Shown: positions 20,830 to 32,430, counted from the stretch's first letter. The stretch is DNA of 64,000 nt from Nostoc sp. DedSLP01 (GCA_034530875.2 JAVRCJ020000034.1:9625-73624), one strand, 5' to 3'. Notes: generated from the letters alone by a model not told the origin. Program-made: numbers and translations.

Positions 20830-20854
20830 ATCCCCTGGCTGCAAGCCGGGGGAT
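20830..20854. terminator. GC-rich hairpin between convergent genes
   Basis: ATCCCCTGGCT-GCA-AGCCGGGGGAT. Confidence 0.6.
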
Positions 20855-20868
20855 GAGCTAGCTAGATT

Positions 20869-21873
20869 TTAATGACTTGCTACTACCTCTGTTTCCAGGC
20901 GAACGAGTCGGTCTGCCAAAAGTTTTTCCAGTTCTTCTAGTGCTTTGGTAAAACCTTGGATGCCTTCGTCTAGTTTTTCAAATGCCATACGGTCAGCAGC
21001 GTGCATCTTGTCAAAGGTAGCCTTATCGATGGATAGTTTTTCAATTTCTAAGTTGGCTACCTTAGCAGGATCGAGTTTGCGTGGTAGTTCTCCAATAGTT
21101 GCTTGTAATTCTGCTAAAAGCGAAGGCGAAATTGTCAATAAATCGCTACCTGCAAGTTCAGTTATTTCACCAATGTTACGGAAGCTAGCTCCCATAACTT
21201 CGGTTTTATAACCGAATTTCTTGTAGTAGTTGTAGATTGTGGTGACTGACAAAACTCCTGGATCTTCGGCTGGTGGGTAACTATCCCGACCAGTGTCTTT
21301 TTTGTACCAGTCGAGAATCCGACCGACGAAGGGAGAAATTAAGGTAACGCCAGCTTCCGCACAGGCGATCGCTTGGTGCAAACCAAACAATAAAGTAAGG
21401 TTACAATGAATACCTTCTTTCTCAAGAATTTCCGCAGCGCGAATACCTTCCCAGGTGGTGGCAATTTTAATTAAAACGCGATCGCGACCAATTCCAGCAG
21501 CTTGATACTGAGCAATCAATTCCCGTGCCTTATTAACAGTAGCTTCGGTGTTGTATGACAAACGAGCATCGACTTCTGTAGACACGCGACCGGGAATAAT
21601 TTGCAAAATCTTCAATCCAAAAGCCACCGCCAAACGGTCAAAAGCCAGAGAAACTATCTGTGCTTGGGTAGCTCCGGCTCCAGCATCTTTTTTTGCTTGA
21701 AGTAAAGTTAGATCGACAATTTCCTGATATTCTGGCATCTTTGCCGCAGCAGTAATCAGGGAAGGATTTGTGGTCGCGTCTTGGGGTTTAAACTTTTCGA
21801 TTGCTTGGATATCCCCTGTATCTGCAACCACAACAGTCATTTCTCGCAATTGTTCTAGTAAGCTTTTAGACAT
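20869..21873 (-). CDS. tal: Transaldolase
   Basis: [39 protein letters not shown]. Confidence 0.97.
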   Translation of the reverse strand: MSKSLLEQLREMTVVVADTGDIQAIEKFKPQDATTNPSLITAAAKMPEYQEIVDLTLLQAKKDAGAGATQAQIVSLAFDRLAVAFGLKILQIIPGRVSTEVDARLSYNTEATVNKARELIAQYQAAGIGRDRVLIKIATTWEGIRAAEILEKEGIHCNLTLLFGLHQAIACAEAGVTLISPFVGRILDWYKKDTGRDSYPPAEDPGVLSVTTIYNYYKKFGYKTEVMGASFRNIGEITELAGSDLLTISPSLLAELQATIGELPRKLDPAKVANLEIEKLSIDKATFDKMHAADRMAFEKLDEGIQGFTKALEELEKLLADRLVRLETEVVASH

Positions 21874-21917
21874 AAAATACTCCGTGATGTTTGTTTAGGA
21901 TTTACTTAAATTCCCAA

Positions 21918-22040
21918 GGGAGTGGGGAGTAGGGAATAGGGAGTAGGGAGTTAGGAGTTAAGAGTTATTCTCTCCCTGCCTCCCCTGCTCAAGAACTGCC
22001 CCCATCTCCCGACTCCCGACTCACCACTCCCCACTCCCCT
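21918..22040. repeat. STRR heptamer repeats forming an imperfect inverted arrangement
   Basis: (GGGAGTR/GGGAATA)n followed by (ACTCCCS)n. Confidence 0.7.
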
Positions 22041-22067
22041 CCAGAGCCACAGCCTTATTCTAGAAGC

Positions 22068-23498
22068 TTATGCAGAAATTGGCTGTCCAATGGAATGCAC
22101 TTTGATTAAGCTAGTTGTTCCTGATTTACCAATTGGGACGCCGGAGGTAATCACCACCTGATCTCCGTTCTTGGCTAGACCCCTCTCTAAGACTCTGTTC
22201 ACCACATTTGTAAACATTTCTTCAGCATGGTGGACTGGTGGAATCAGCAAAGGTTCGACGCCCCAAGAAAGTGCTAGCTGGCGGTAAGCGGTGGCATCGG
22301 AAGTTAAGGCAATAATGGGAGAAGTTGGGCGGTATTTTGACACCATTCTCGCTGTACTGCCTGAGGTTGTGTTACAGAGAATTGCCCGCGAACCGGTTTC
22401 GTAGGCGATGCGACACACTGCTTCTGCTACTGATTCGGTAACGCTGAGACTACCTGGTTCGTGACACCAAGAACGTCTGCTGCCCTCATCTAAAGCCTGT
22501 TCTGTTCGCACGGCAATGTTGTGCATCATTTGGACTGCGGCGATGGGATATTCTCCCACGGCAGTTTCACCTGAAAGCATTACCGCATCTGTGCCATCCA
22601 AGATGGAGTTAGCCACATCCGTTGCCTCAGCGCGGGTGGGATCGGGGGCGCTAATCATCGACTCTAGCATTTGCGTGGCTGTAATCACGGGCTTGCCAGC
22701 TTGATTGCAACGGCGGGTGATATCTTTTTGAATCAGAGGGACTTCATGAATAGGTACTTCTACGCCTAAATCGCCACGGGCAATCATGATGCCGTCAGCA
22801 ACTTTGAGGATCGAGTCAAATTGCTCTACTGCTTCAGCTCTTTCGATTTTGGCAATTAAGCGAATTGAAGCGCCAGCGGCTTCAATCATCCTTTGGGCGG
22901 GTTCTAAATCTTGTGGCGATCGCACAAAAGACACCGCCACCCAGTCTACACCCAACTGAATCCCAAAACGCAAATCTAGCAAGTCTTTTTCGGTGATGGA
23001 ACTCACAGGTAAAGGAGTTTGTGGCAGGTTCACTCCTTTGTGAGTGGAAATTAACCCGCCAATTTTCACCTGTGCCCGAATGCGATCGGCGTCGCGATCT
23101 GTAACAATCAGCTTGACACGACCATCATTAATTAAAATCGGTTCGCCCGGTCGCACCATTGCAAACAAAGTCGGCAATGGTAAAGGCAATTCGTCAACAC
23201 TCTCACCCTTCTCTTGCAAAACAAAGGTAACTTCACTCCCAGCTTCCACATTTAACCCTTCTGGCGGTAAGACACCCAAGCGTATCTTTGGCCCGCACAG
23301 ATCTTGCATAATAGCGATCGGCCTTTGCTGTTCAGCACTAATCTGCCTGAGATACTGAGCAGTTTGGGCGTGGAATTCATAAGCCCCGTGGGAAAAATTC
23401 AACCGCGCCACATTCATTCCGGCTTCTACTAAGGCTTGCAGCTTTTCAGGTGCAGATGTAGCAGGCCCAACAGTACAAATGATTTTGGTTCGACGCAT
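22068..23498 (-). CDS. pyk: Pyruvate kinase
   Basis: TKIICTVGPA, ARLNFSHG, IAKIE, MIARGDLGVE, ATQMLESM, MLSGETA. Confidence 0.97.
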   Translation of the reverse strand: MRRTKIICTVGPATSAPEKLQALVEAGMNVARLNFSHGAYEFHAQTAQYLRQISAEQQRPIAIMQDLCGPKIRLGVLPPEGLNVEAGSEVTFVLQEKGESVDELPLPLPTLFAMVRPGEPILINDGRVKLIVTDRDADRIRAQVKIGGLISTHKGVNLPQTPLPVSSITEKDLLDLRFGIQLGVDWVAVSFVRSPQDLEPAQRMIEAAGASIRLIAKIERAEAVEQFDSILKVADGIMIARGDLGVEVPIHEVPLIQKDITRRCNQAGKPVITATQMLESMISAPDPTRAEATDVANSILDGTDAVMLSGETAVGEYPIAAVQMMHNIAVRTEQALDEGSRRSWCHEPGSLSVTESVAEAVCRIAYETGSRAILCNTTSGSTARMVSKYRPTSPIIALTSDATAYRQLALSWGVEPLLIPPVHHAEEMFTNVVNRVLERGLAKNGDQVVITSGVPIGKSGTTSLIKVHSIGQPISA

Positions 23499-23546
23499 AG
23501 GGATTAAGGGTTGAAAGAATAACCTGCGAGATGGATGCTTGATGCC

Positions 23547-23855
23547 AATTCGTAATTCGTAATTCGTAATTCGTGATTCCTAATTAACAGACTTCAGATT
23601 TTATTTGGGTTTTCCGGTTCAAATCTTGAGCCTGCTTTTGGAAAATTGGCATTATGCGATGCCCAAGCTAACTTGTCCTAGACATCGCAACGGTATCCAA
23701 ATTCACACGTGCTTCATATCACTGGTTTGCTAAGTAAAGATACTAGATTGCGTTTTATTTTCGGGTATTTCCCATTCGACCCAAATCCCAAAAGTCAAAA
23801 GTCAAAAGTCAAAAGTTAATAACTAATGACTAATGACCAATGACTAATGACTAAT
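23547..23855. repeat. STRR tracts (AATTCGT)n, (AAAAGTC)n, (ACTAATG)n plus a HIP1-derived insertion at 23656-23688
   Basis: Visible tandem heptamers; GCGATGCCCAAGCTAACTTGTCCTAGACATCGC. Confidence 0.75.
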
Positions 23856-23861
23856 AACAAA

Positions 23862-24953
<1,092 letters not shown>

Positions 24954-25383
24954 TCAAAATAGATTGCCTTTTACTCTTTACTTTACGATCCTGACAGTCT
25001 CAGTCGGCTAAGGCATATTTACTTGGCAAATTTTAAGGTTTGGGGAATGGGGCATTGGGTATTGGGCATGGGGCATGAGTCTTTTTTGTCACTTTTTACC
25101 GATTCTCCATCAACCAAGCGCGATCGCCTGAAGAATGTCCTGTTGGCAAATCCATACATAGCAAGCTTTTTGCCTTTTTCTAACCGTCGAACTCACGTAA
25201 TATGGGGTTCAGATATGTTCTTCAATAATCTAAACATCGGTACAGTTCAATAAAGGAAAGCCACAGGAGAAAGAAACAATTATTTATCAATCAAAATTCA
25301 AGATATTTTGGAAGAATTTAATATCACTCATTCGCAATAATTATTTGTAAAGCAACTCTGCCAAGCTGTAGTGCAGAGGTACT

Positions 25384-26124
25384 ATGAGTGAGGAAATATT
25401 CATGCGTTCAGAATGGCAATTTCTTGATGTTCAAGATCCAGATATTAATCAGTACACTATTAAGCTAGAACTGCAAAAATTTAGCATCGGACGAAGCAAT
25501 GGTAATGATATTGTGCTTCCCAATCCAGAAAAGACAATCTCGCGCCAACATTGTTTTTTGGAATATGTAGTAAATTTGTGGTGGGTGGTAGATGAGTCAA
25601 GTGCGAATGGAACTTTTGTGCAACGGTACAATACTAATACTACAATAGATGTGCGTCAGCATAATAGATTACATCTCAACAATGGAGATACAATTTTAAT
25701 TCTTGGTAGGTTATTAGAGGTAGAAGAACCTGTCTTTTGGAAATTGACATTCCGAGATAATGATGAAACTGGTAGATACTTGCAGTTTCAACCCCCTGCA
25801 TACTTAGAGTACAGCCTCAGTCAACAAAAACTTTTTTTAGTCAATACTGGAAAACGAGAAGAGATTCTTCTGACTAAAAAGGAACGCAATCTCATTAATT
25901 ACATGGCACAGTGCAATCAAGCAAATGACCATAAATCTGTAGTGTGTGAATATCACGAACTGATACAGGCTATTTGGGGAGAATCTTTTGGTCATACCAG
26001 TAATGATGTTACTCGTCTGGTATGGGCTATTCGCAGTAAAGTTGAGTGTGACTCTGGAGAGCCGGAATTTTTAAAAACAGAGAAGGGAAGAGGTTACAGC
26101 TTGCAAGTTAAGTTGATGACGTGA
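25384..26124 (+). CDS. FHA domain + OmpR-type winged-helix regulator
   Basis: FHA motifs IGRS, ISRQH, SANGTFV; C-terminal LTKKE...LIQAIWG...IRSKVE...FLKTEKGRGY resembles Trans_reg_C. Confidence 0.82.
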   Translation: MSEEIFMRSEWQFLDVQDPDINQYTIKLELQKFSIGRSNGNDIVLPNPEKTISRQHCFLEYVVNLWWVVDESSANGTFVQRYNTNTTIDVRQHNRLHLNNGDTILILGRLLEVEEPVFWKLTFRDNDETGRYLQFQPPAYLEYSLSQQKLFLVNTGKREEILLTKKERNLINYMAQCNQANDHKSVVCEYHELIQAIWGESFGHTSNDVTRLVWAIRSKVECDSGEPEFLKTEKGRGYSLQVKLMT

Positions 26125-26219
26125 AGCAGAGTGAATAACTTTGCCAGAAGTTACCCTGACAAAGGTAATTTTTTACAAGTAGGTATTAGAATCTGTTTTG
26201 ATGGTTTTGGTATAACTAA

Positions 26220-26393
26220 GAGCATGTTTGAAAAGTTTTGGGCGAATATAATTCGCTACTACACAAACGAAGTTTGCCTGCGCGGACTAACGGAAAGTTA
26301 AGCTTTTTGAACCTATGAACGTGGGTTTCGTCTGTGTAGCTGCGATTTCTAATCGCCGGGTCTGGTATGAATTTAGGCTTTTCAAACAACCTC
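26220..26393. mobile_element. 174-bp MITE with 16-bp TIRs and TAA target duplication
   Basis: TAA-GAGCATGTTTGAAAAG ... CTTTTCAAACAACCTC-TAA, with a long internal imperfect inverted repeat; related single ends near 8417, 48811 and 54758. Confidence 0.8.
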
Positions 26394-26587
26394 TAAGACC
26401 TAAAAAACTTGCTAATTTGCAAAAAATGTGGCTAGTTCTTGTGATGAAAATTGCTCATCATATTAAATCCAGCTAATTGCTTACGGTATTACGCTTGATT
26501 GTTGATAATTGGTAATTGGTTTTTCACATTACCTATTACCAGCCTAGCTGGAATATCAAGCGAACACGATATTTAGTTCATTAAAGC

Positions 26588-26691
26588 TATAGCAATCCTA
26601 AATCAGTTATGAGAGATAAAATTGCTGAAAAGCCCATAAATACGTGCTTTTTATTTCCCTATTTTCTAACGTTTCAAGTCGGATTGCTATA
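26588..26691. mobile_element. Short MITE-like element with TA-flanked TIRs
   Basis: TATAGCAATCC ... GGATTGCTATA, a perfect 11-bp inverted repeat. Confidence 0.6.
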
Positions 26692-27109
26692 TCTTGATGG
26701 GCTAATAGTTAGGATGAATGCAAAATATTCTGATAATGGTACTAAAATAGCTGTTTATGATAGATTATGAGATAGAAATGTTACATTAACAACATGAGCA
26801 TTTAAAAGCAGCAAAATTCAGAATTTTCAATGTATTAATTTACTCTTTACAGGTTCAATTGTTAAAAGTGAATATGCTTGTAATCAAGCATTAGCTACTA
26901 ATCAGGTATAACTTTCTATACCAGGATTACTTAACTACAGGATTATTTAACTAATAGCTGGCTTAAGCAAGCTTTTTAGCTAAAAAATGTTTGAATTATT
27001 ACAATTTAATATTTTTCCCACAAAGTAAATAGAAACAATCTTAAAAGTCTTAAAGTTTCTATTATGGCTTTGCTAGCTCAGCATTATTAACAATATTTGA
27101 GAGAAAATT

Positions 27110-28531
27110 ATGTTACCAGAGTACTCAGAGACTCAGAACAATGGCAACTCTAGTGAGTCAACACCAAGAGTTTCAGAAGCTGAAATACAGCAATTACGAG
27201 TAAATAAAGCTGCAAATCAACGGCTGAATTGGTTCCATGGTAAGGTTTTGAAAAATGGTCGGTATGAAATTGAACGACCATTAAATCAGGGAGGATTTGC
27301 TATTGTTTATCTTGCTAAAGATACGCAAACAAAGCAACAAGTAGCTCTCAAAGTTCTTAAAATTGAGTTGCAAGAAGAGTATGAGCTTGAGAGCCTTGAA
27401 GAAAACTTTGTCAAAGAAGCGATTTACTTATCAAAGTGTGAGCATCAGTATATTGTGCAGTTTAAAGATATCTTTAAGGACTCTGATACTTGGTGCATAG
27501 TTATAGAATATATTGAGGGTGAAGACTTAAATAGTTGGGTGAAGAACAATGGTTCTTTATCAGAAAAGGAAGCGATACATTACATTAGGCAAATAGGTGA
27601 GGCATTAAAGGAACTTCATGCTCATAATTTATTGCATAGAGATGTTAAACCTAAGAATATTATTAGGAGAGCCAATGGCTCAGAAGTAGTTTTAATTGAT
27701 CTAGGGATATCTCGGAAGTTTTCTCAAAACCAAACTGATAAACATACTCCTTTATTAACACAAAATTTTGCGCCAATCGAGCAACATTTAGAAAAATATA
27801 AAAGAGGAGCTTTTACCGATGTTTATGCATTAGCAGCAACACTATATTATTTAATAACTGGAATAGAACCGAAATCTTCTCTCTCTAGAAAAGAAGGTGA
27901 AGAACTGGATACTCCTTCAGAAATTCTAGGTAAAAAGAATCTCAGTATTAGTCCACAGGTAAATAATGCTATTATTTTAGGAATGCAAATCTATCCTAAA
28001 GAACGCCCTCAGACAATCCAAGAATGGCTGAATTTACTTCCAGACTCCGAATCAGAATTGAAATCAGATGAAGACACAGAATTATCTATACTAACAGATA
28101 AAAATCATCCACTACTAAATCCCTTTTACTCACCAATTGAACCAACTAGTAATGATGCAGTTGGCTTAATAAATGCTCTAAATTGCCAGTTATATAGTTG
28201 GATTGCTACGTTCACAAGCCCCATAATTTTTTTAGTCACATTTGCTATTTTAAGTTGGTTAGGAACAACCTTAATTAGTGCTGGATTCTGGATGTTATTG
28301 GCAGTTGTTGCTATCATCAGTTTCTTTTTATTCACTAAAGAGCGGACTCAAAGGCAAAAGATAGGATTAATAATTAGTTCTTTTATCCCTACTCTAATCA
28401 TTTTTATTTTTGTTCCTGGTTTGAAAGATTGGAAAATACAAGGATGGGAATTTATAAAAATATTAATGTTAATACTATTAAATTGTTTATTAGGATTTGC
28501 TGTGATGAGCTTTTTTGAGGATGAAAGGTAA
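27110..28531 (+). CDS. Membrane-anchored Hanks-type Ser/Thr protein kinase
   Basis: QGGFAIVY, VALK, HRDVKPKN, DLG, FAPIE, TDVYALA; about four C-terminal TM helices. Confidence 0.9.
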   Translation: MLPEYSETQNNGNSSESTPRVSEAEIQQLRVNKAANQRLNWFHGKVLKNGRYEIERPLNQGGFAIVYLAKDTQTKQQVALKVLKIELQEEYELESLEENFVKEAIYLSKCEHQYIVQFKDIFKDSDTWCIVIEYIEGEDLNSWVKNNGSLSEKEAIHYIRQIGEALKELHAHNLLHRDVKPKNIIRRANGSEVVLIDLGISRKFSQNQTDKHTPLLTQNFAPIEQHLEKYKRGAFTDVYALAATLYYLITGIEPKSSLSRKEGEELDTPSEILGKKNLSISPQVNNAIILGMQIYPKERPQTIQEWLNLLPDSESELKSDEDTELSILTDKNHPLLNPFYSPIEPTSNDAVGLINALNCQLYSWIATFTSPIIFLVTFAILSWLGTTLISAGFWMLLAVVAIISFFLFTKERTQRQKIGLIISSFIPTLIIFIFVPGLKDWKIQGWEFIKILMLILLNCLLGFAVMSFFEDER

Positions 28532-29609
28532 ATTGTCAACTTTATACCAATTTATGAAAAAAAGAAAAATTATTCCATTAATAATACTTTTTGTAATTTG
28601 TCCTATTGCTTTACTAATAGTAAATTTCGTGAATCTAGAACAAATTAGAACTCCACAAAATGTAGGAAGTGCTAATTATCACAACATACCGCCTCAGACT
28701 TATGACAGAAAAACTTTTGCCGAAGTGCAAGTTCCTGAAGGAACATTTAATTATGGTGGGAGTACGACTTGGGCCACTATTCGTGGATCTATTGATCAAA
28801 AAATTCAAGATGCTACTAAACGAAAATTTAAGTTAAATTATGTAGATCATCCCAGAGGTAAAACACCAGGTTCAATTACAGGTATTAGGATGTTATTAAA
28901 TGATAAACTACACTTTTCTGTGTCTTCTCGTCCACTCGAGCCTCAAGAAAAACAAAATTTAAAAGAAATTCCAGTGGCAATTGATGGGATCGCGATCGCA
29001 GTTAATCGTAATTTACCAATAGAAAGTCTGACAATAGAGCAAATTAAAAACATTTATACAGGTCATATTAAAAATTGGAATGAAATTGTCTCTAGTCCAA
29101 ATGTACCAATCAAACCCTATATTCGCGATCCTAGAGATGGAGGTACAGTAGAATACTTTTTAAAGGAAGTCTTAAAAATAGAAAAAATAGAAGAACTAGG
29201 ATCTAGTGTTGAATTCGTCCCAGATACAACTCACGGCGTACAAAAAGTTAACCAAAAGAGTGGAGGTATCTATTTTGCCTCTGCTCCTGAGGTAATTAAA
29301 GAATGTACTGTTAAAACAGTACCACTTAAACAGAAGTTAGAGCCATCTTTTGCAATTCCGCCTTACAGACCACCGTTGTTTTCTCCTGAAGATTGCCTTA
29401 AATATAAAGATAAGATAGAAGCTAATACAGCGGCATTTCGTAACGGTACTTATCCAATTACTCGTAAATTATTTGTGATTGTCAAGCAAAATGATCCTAT
29501 AAAAAAGGAAGCTGGAGAATCTTATGCAAATTTACTGTTGACACAAGAAGGTCAAGAACTGCTAGAGAAGATTGGATTCGCTCCTATTCTAAACTCTTCT
29601 AACAATTAA
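28521..29609 (+). CDS. PstS-like periplasmic binding protein with an N-terminal membrane anchor
   Basis: NYGGSTTW, PGSITGI, VAIDGIAIAV, YPITRKLFV; overlaps the kinase stop codon. Confidence 0.85.
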   Translation: MKGKLSTLYQFMKKRKIIPLIILFVICPIALLIVNFVNLEQIRTPQNVGSANYHNIPPQTYDRKTFAEVQVPEGTFNYGGSTTWATIRGSIDQKIQDATKRKFKLNYVDHPRGKTPGSITGIRMLLNDKLHFSVSSRPLEPQEKQNLKEIPVAIDGIAIAVNRNLPIESLTIEQIKNIYTGHIKNWNEIVSSPNVPIKPYIRDPRDGGTVEYFLKEVLKIEKIEELGSSVEFVPDTTHGVQKVNQKSGGIYFASAPEVIKECTVKTVPLKQKLEPSFAIPPYRPPLFSPEDCLKYKDKIEANTAAFRNGTYPITRKLFVIVKQNDPIKKEAGESYANLLLTQEGQELLEKIGFAPILNSSNN

Positions 29610-29690
29610 TACCAAGTTGCTAATTTGGATTTTACTCAAATTATTGTTAGAGGAAATTTTTGGGTATTCGAGTGATACTCGTGAATGAGT

Positions 29691-29801
29691 CTTTAAACTC
29701 CACTTTTGTGCCCCAATGCCCAATGCCTTGTGGGATCTGCTGTTTGGAGGCAAGCAGACAGCGGCTTTAAACTCCACTTTTGTGCCCCAATGCCCAATGC
29801 C
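29691..29801. repeat. Two identical 37-nt direct repeats separated by a 37-nt hairpin-forming spacer
   Basis: CTTTAAACTCCACTTTTGTGCCCCAATGCCCAATGCC at 29691-29727 and 29765-29801. Confidence 0.9.
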
Positions 29802-29803
29802 CT

Positions 29804-30922
29804 TTAATTTTTTTGATACCGCATTCCTGGCAGTTGGGAGAGTAAACCCATAAGTTCTAACTGTAACAAGGCGCTGGAAACTGAACCGGCAGGCATACCG
29901 GTTTGTTGGACTATTAAATCAAAGGGTAAAATATCGAAGGCGATCGCATCCATTACCTGTTGCAGTTCGGGTGATAAAGTTGGCAAGCTTAACTGCTGTG
30001 GTGTTGACAATTGCTCAACTCTATCTATTTGTGGTATTGCTCCCAGCATTGTTAATAATTCGTCTAATTCTTTGAGAATCAAAGAAGCACCTTGAGTTAG
30101 CAACTTTAAACAACCTTGGGATGGATAATCGTCCACTCTTCCCGGTAATGCATAGATATCTCTACCAAATTCATTGGCGTAGGTGGCTGTAATCAGGGCG
30201 CCAGACTTTAATGGGGCTTCCATCACTAAGATAGCGCGGCTCATGCCGGCAATAATCCGGTTGCGGCGGGGAAAATGAGTCTTGTCGGGTGGAGTTTTTG
30301 CAGGATATTCACTCACGACTAACCCAGCCGTCAAAATTTGCTTGTACAAATCCCGATTTTTCTGGGGATAAATCACGTCTGTGCCAGTTCCTAAAACTGC
30401 GATGGTTCTTCCACCAGCTTTAATGGTGGCGGCGTGGCTTTCGGTGTCAATTCCCTCGGCCATGCCAGAAACCACCGTAAAGCCATTTTTCGCTAAAGCT
30501 GTGCTAATTTGACGAGTCCAACGAATCCCGTATTCTGAAGGACGGCGCGTTCCCACAATCCCAACTAGCGGTTTTTCTCCGAGATTTTCCTGGAGTTCAA
30601 CTTCACCGCGATAGTACAAAATCGGCGGCGGACTGGGGATTTCTAATAGTAAGCGGGGATAATCACTATCTGCTGGAGTCCAGAAATAAGGGTTTTCCTG
30701 TTGGTGTTTGATGAATAGTTGTTCTGGGTATAAGCGCGATCGCTGTTGTACTATTTTTTCAAGTGTTTGAAAACCAAAACCCTCTACTTCCCCTAACTCT
30801 GCCTTAGTAGCGTTCCAAGCAGTTGCCAGCGTGCCAAAATGCTGTTGCAGCCGTCGCAGTAATACCGGGCCAATTCCCGAAATTTGCGACCAAGCTACCC
30901 AATACGCACTTTCTTCTACCAC
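29804..30922 (-). CDS. dprA: DNA-processing protein DprA
   Basis: GIVGTR, VSGMAEGID, FPRRNRIIAG, SGALITA; C-terminal wHTH LLQLELMG. Confidence 0.96.
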   Translation of the reverse strand: MVEESAYWVAWSQISGIGPVLLRRLQQHFGTLATAWNATKAELGEVEGFGFQTLEKIVQQRSRLYPEQLFIKHQQENPYFWTPADSDYPRLLLEIPSPPPILYYRGEVELQENLGEKPLVGIVGTRRPSEYGIRWTRQISTALAKNGFTVVSGMAEGIDTESHAATIKAGGRTIAVLGTGTDVIYPQKNRDLYKQILTAGLVVSEYPAKTPPDKTHFPRRNRIIAGMSRAILVMEAPLKSGALITATYANEFGRDIYALPGRVDDYPSQGCLKLLTQGASLILKELDELLTMLGAIPQIDRVEQLSTPQQLSLPTLSPELQQVMDAIAFDILPFDLIVQQTGMPAGSVSSALLQLELMGLLSQLPGMRYQKN

Positions 30923-31135
30923 TTTTGTATCCTCACGCCACTGCTTTGAGTATTCCCAAAATCAAGGGATTTTGCCCATTTCTATTTATTTATCAAGATA
31001 GAATACATGCGTCAGTCGTCAGAATTCAGTATGAATAACTGGGTTTAATACCCCCACACAATCGTAGATTTGGTGGTGCAACAATTCAGTCGCGGGTCTG
31101 AATAAGAGACTTTCTTGTTCTGACACCTGAATTCT

Positions 31136-31158
31136 GTTAGCGTAGCGGGGCGTAGCCC
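31136..31158. repeat. 23-nt small dispersed repeat
   Basis: GTTAGCGTAGCGGGGCGTAGCCC, identical at 49377-49399; degenerate copy near 32694. Confidence 0.75.
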
Positions 31159-31290
31159 ATTCTGAATTCTTCTTCAAGGCAATATTAATTTTTAATTTTT
31201 AATTCTTAATTTTTAATTTGAAGGGGGTTGACTCTTGACTCTTAAACATTGAACATTAACTATTGACTATTAATTCTCCCGTTACCTTTT

Positions 31291-32430
31291 GTGATGAAAT
31301 CTTTTTATCGCCTTTTACTAAGCCTATCTGGTTACTCAATATTTCCAATACTGCATAGTATTTTTGGTGTCTTGCCTAGTGTGGCAGCCGAGAATGTTGT
31401 TGTGAGATACGGTTTGTTCGAGCAATCGATTCCTGTCGCAGATATACGCAACTATAGCGAGACGCAAAAGGTTTCTGCCGATTTGCGAACTATCTTAGGT
31501 CGTCTAAGTCCTCAAGAGAAACAGAAGTTTCAAGATGCGCTGCAAGTAAAGATGTCTCTTGATATTGTGGCTTTAGACAAGCTGATAAATACACAAACAG
31601 GCAACCAAGTTTTATCTTTTGTTTCCCGAGCGATCGCTCGACGCGATGAAGCCAGTATCCAAGCGCTACGCTCTGCTATTATCATAGGAGCAAAATCACC
31701 AGATGGTTTAGGATTGCTGACGTTTTTAGAAGCTTATCCTAGTAATGAAATAGTCATTGATGTGTCAAAAATTTCTCAAATCGTGGGCATGGCAGGTTCA
31801 TCTTCTAGTGCTGCTGATGCACCGCCAAAGGACGATGCAATTTCTTCACCTTTAGGGAGAATTGCACTGCAATATCAGACACTTGCCGCCCAAAATAAAC
31901 AATTTTCAGGTTGTTTGTTTGGCGATTCGATTTCGGCTGGACTTGGCAATACCCTCGGTAGCGGTAATATTAATTTTGGGTTAAATGGGTTAAGTTCAAC
32001 TTCATTACTAGAACAACTGAAAGCTTTAATTCCTACTAAAGCTAAATGCGAAAAAGCCATTATTGCCATAGGTGCAAATGATGCTTTGTATGGAATTAGC
32101 GATGAGTTGTTTAGCAAAAATCTACAAGAGGCGATCGCACTTGTCCGTACAATGGGAGCGAAAGAAGTTTTTCTGATTCCCGCTTTTTATTCAACAACTG
32201 AGGCTAGTTCAGATCCAACTGTTGCAGCACCTCTTTCTAAAATCGAACAAATTAATTCTCTAATTAATAAAGTTGCTGAGACAGAAAAAGTACCAGTCGA
32301 GGCAGCAGGAGTCGCACCATTGTATGAAAATAATGTTTTGAAAAAAGATTTTACCAATGATGGCGACCATTTGAATGCAGAGGGATTAAAAATTTATCGC
32401 CAAGCATTGTCACAAATTCTCACAAAGTAA
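31291..32430 (+). CDS. DUF1400-like domain fused to an SGNH/GDSL hydrolase
   Basis: Signal peptide; AAENVVVRYG...LRSAIIIGA...FLEAYP (DUF1400-like); SGNH blocks GDSIS, GAND and DGDH. Confidence 0.78.
   Translation: MMKSFYRLLLSLSGYSIFPILHSIFGVLPSVAAENVVVRYGLFEQSIPVADIRNYSETQKVSADLRTILGRLSPQEKQKFQDALQVKMSLDIVALDKLINTQTGNQVLSFVSRAIARRDEASIQALRSAIIIGAKSPDGLGLLTFLEAYPSNEIVIDVSKISQIVGMAGSSSSAADAPPKDDAISSPLGRIALQYQTLAAQNKQFSGCLFGDSISAGLGNTLGSGNINFGLNGLSSTSLLEQLKALIPTKAKCEKAIIAIGANDALYGISDELFSKNLQEAIALVRTMGAKEVFLIPAFYSTTEASSDPTVAAPLSKIEQINSLINKVAETEKVPVEAAGVAPLYENNVLKKDFTNDGDHLNAEGLKIYRQALSQILTK

Noticed and set aside
23547..23855. Tandem repeats as a CRISPR array or novel array
   Set aside because: Spacer-less heptamers are the known STRR repeats of heterocystous cyanobacteria
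28521..29609. Phosphate ABC transporter operon
   Set aside because: No pstC, pstA or pstB nearby; the gene is coupled to a kinase instead
29691..29801. Calling this a CRISPR array
   Set aside because: Only two repeats, STRR-derived content, no cas genes or clear leader; kept as a repeat and a finding
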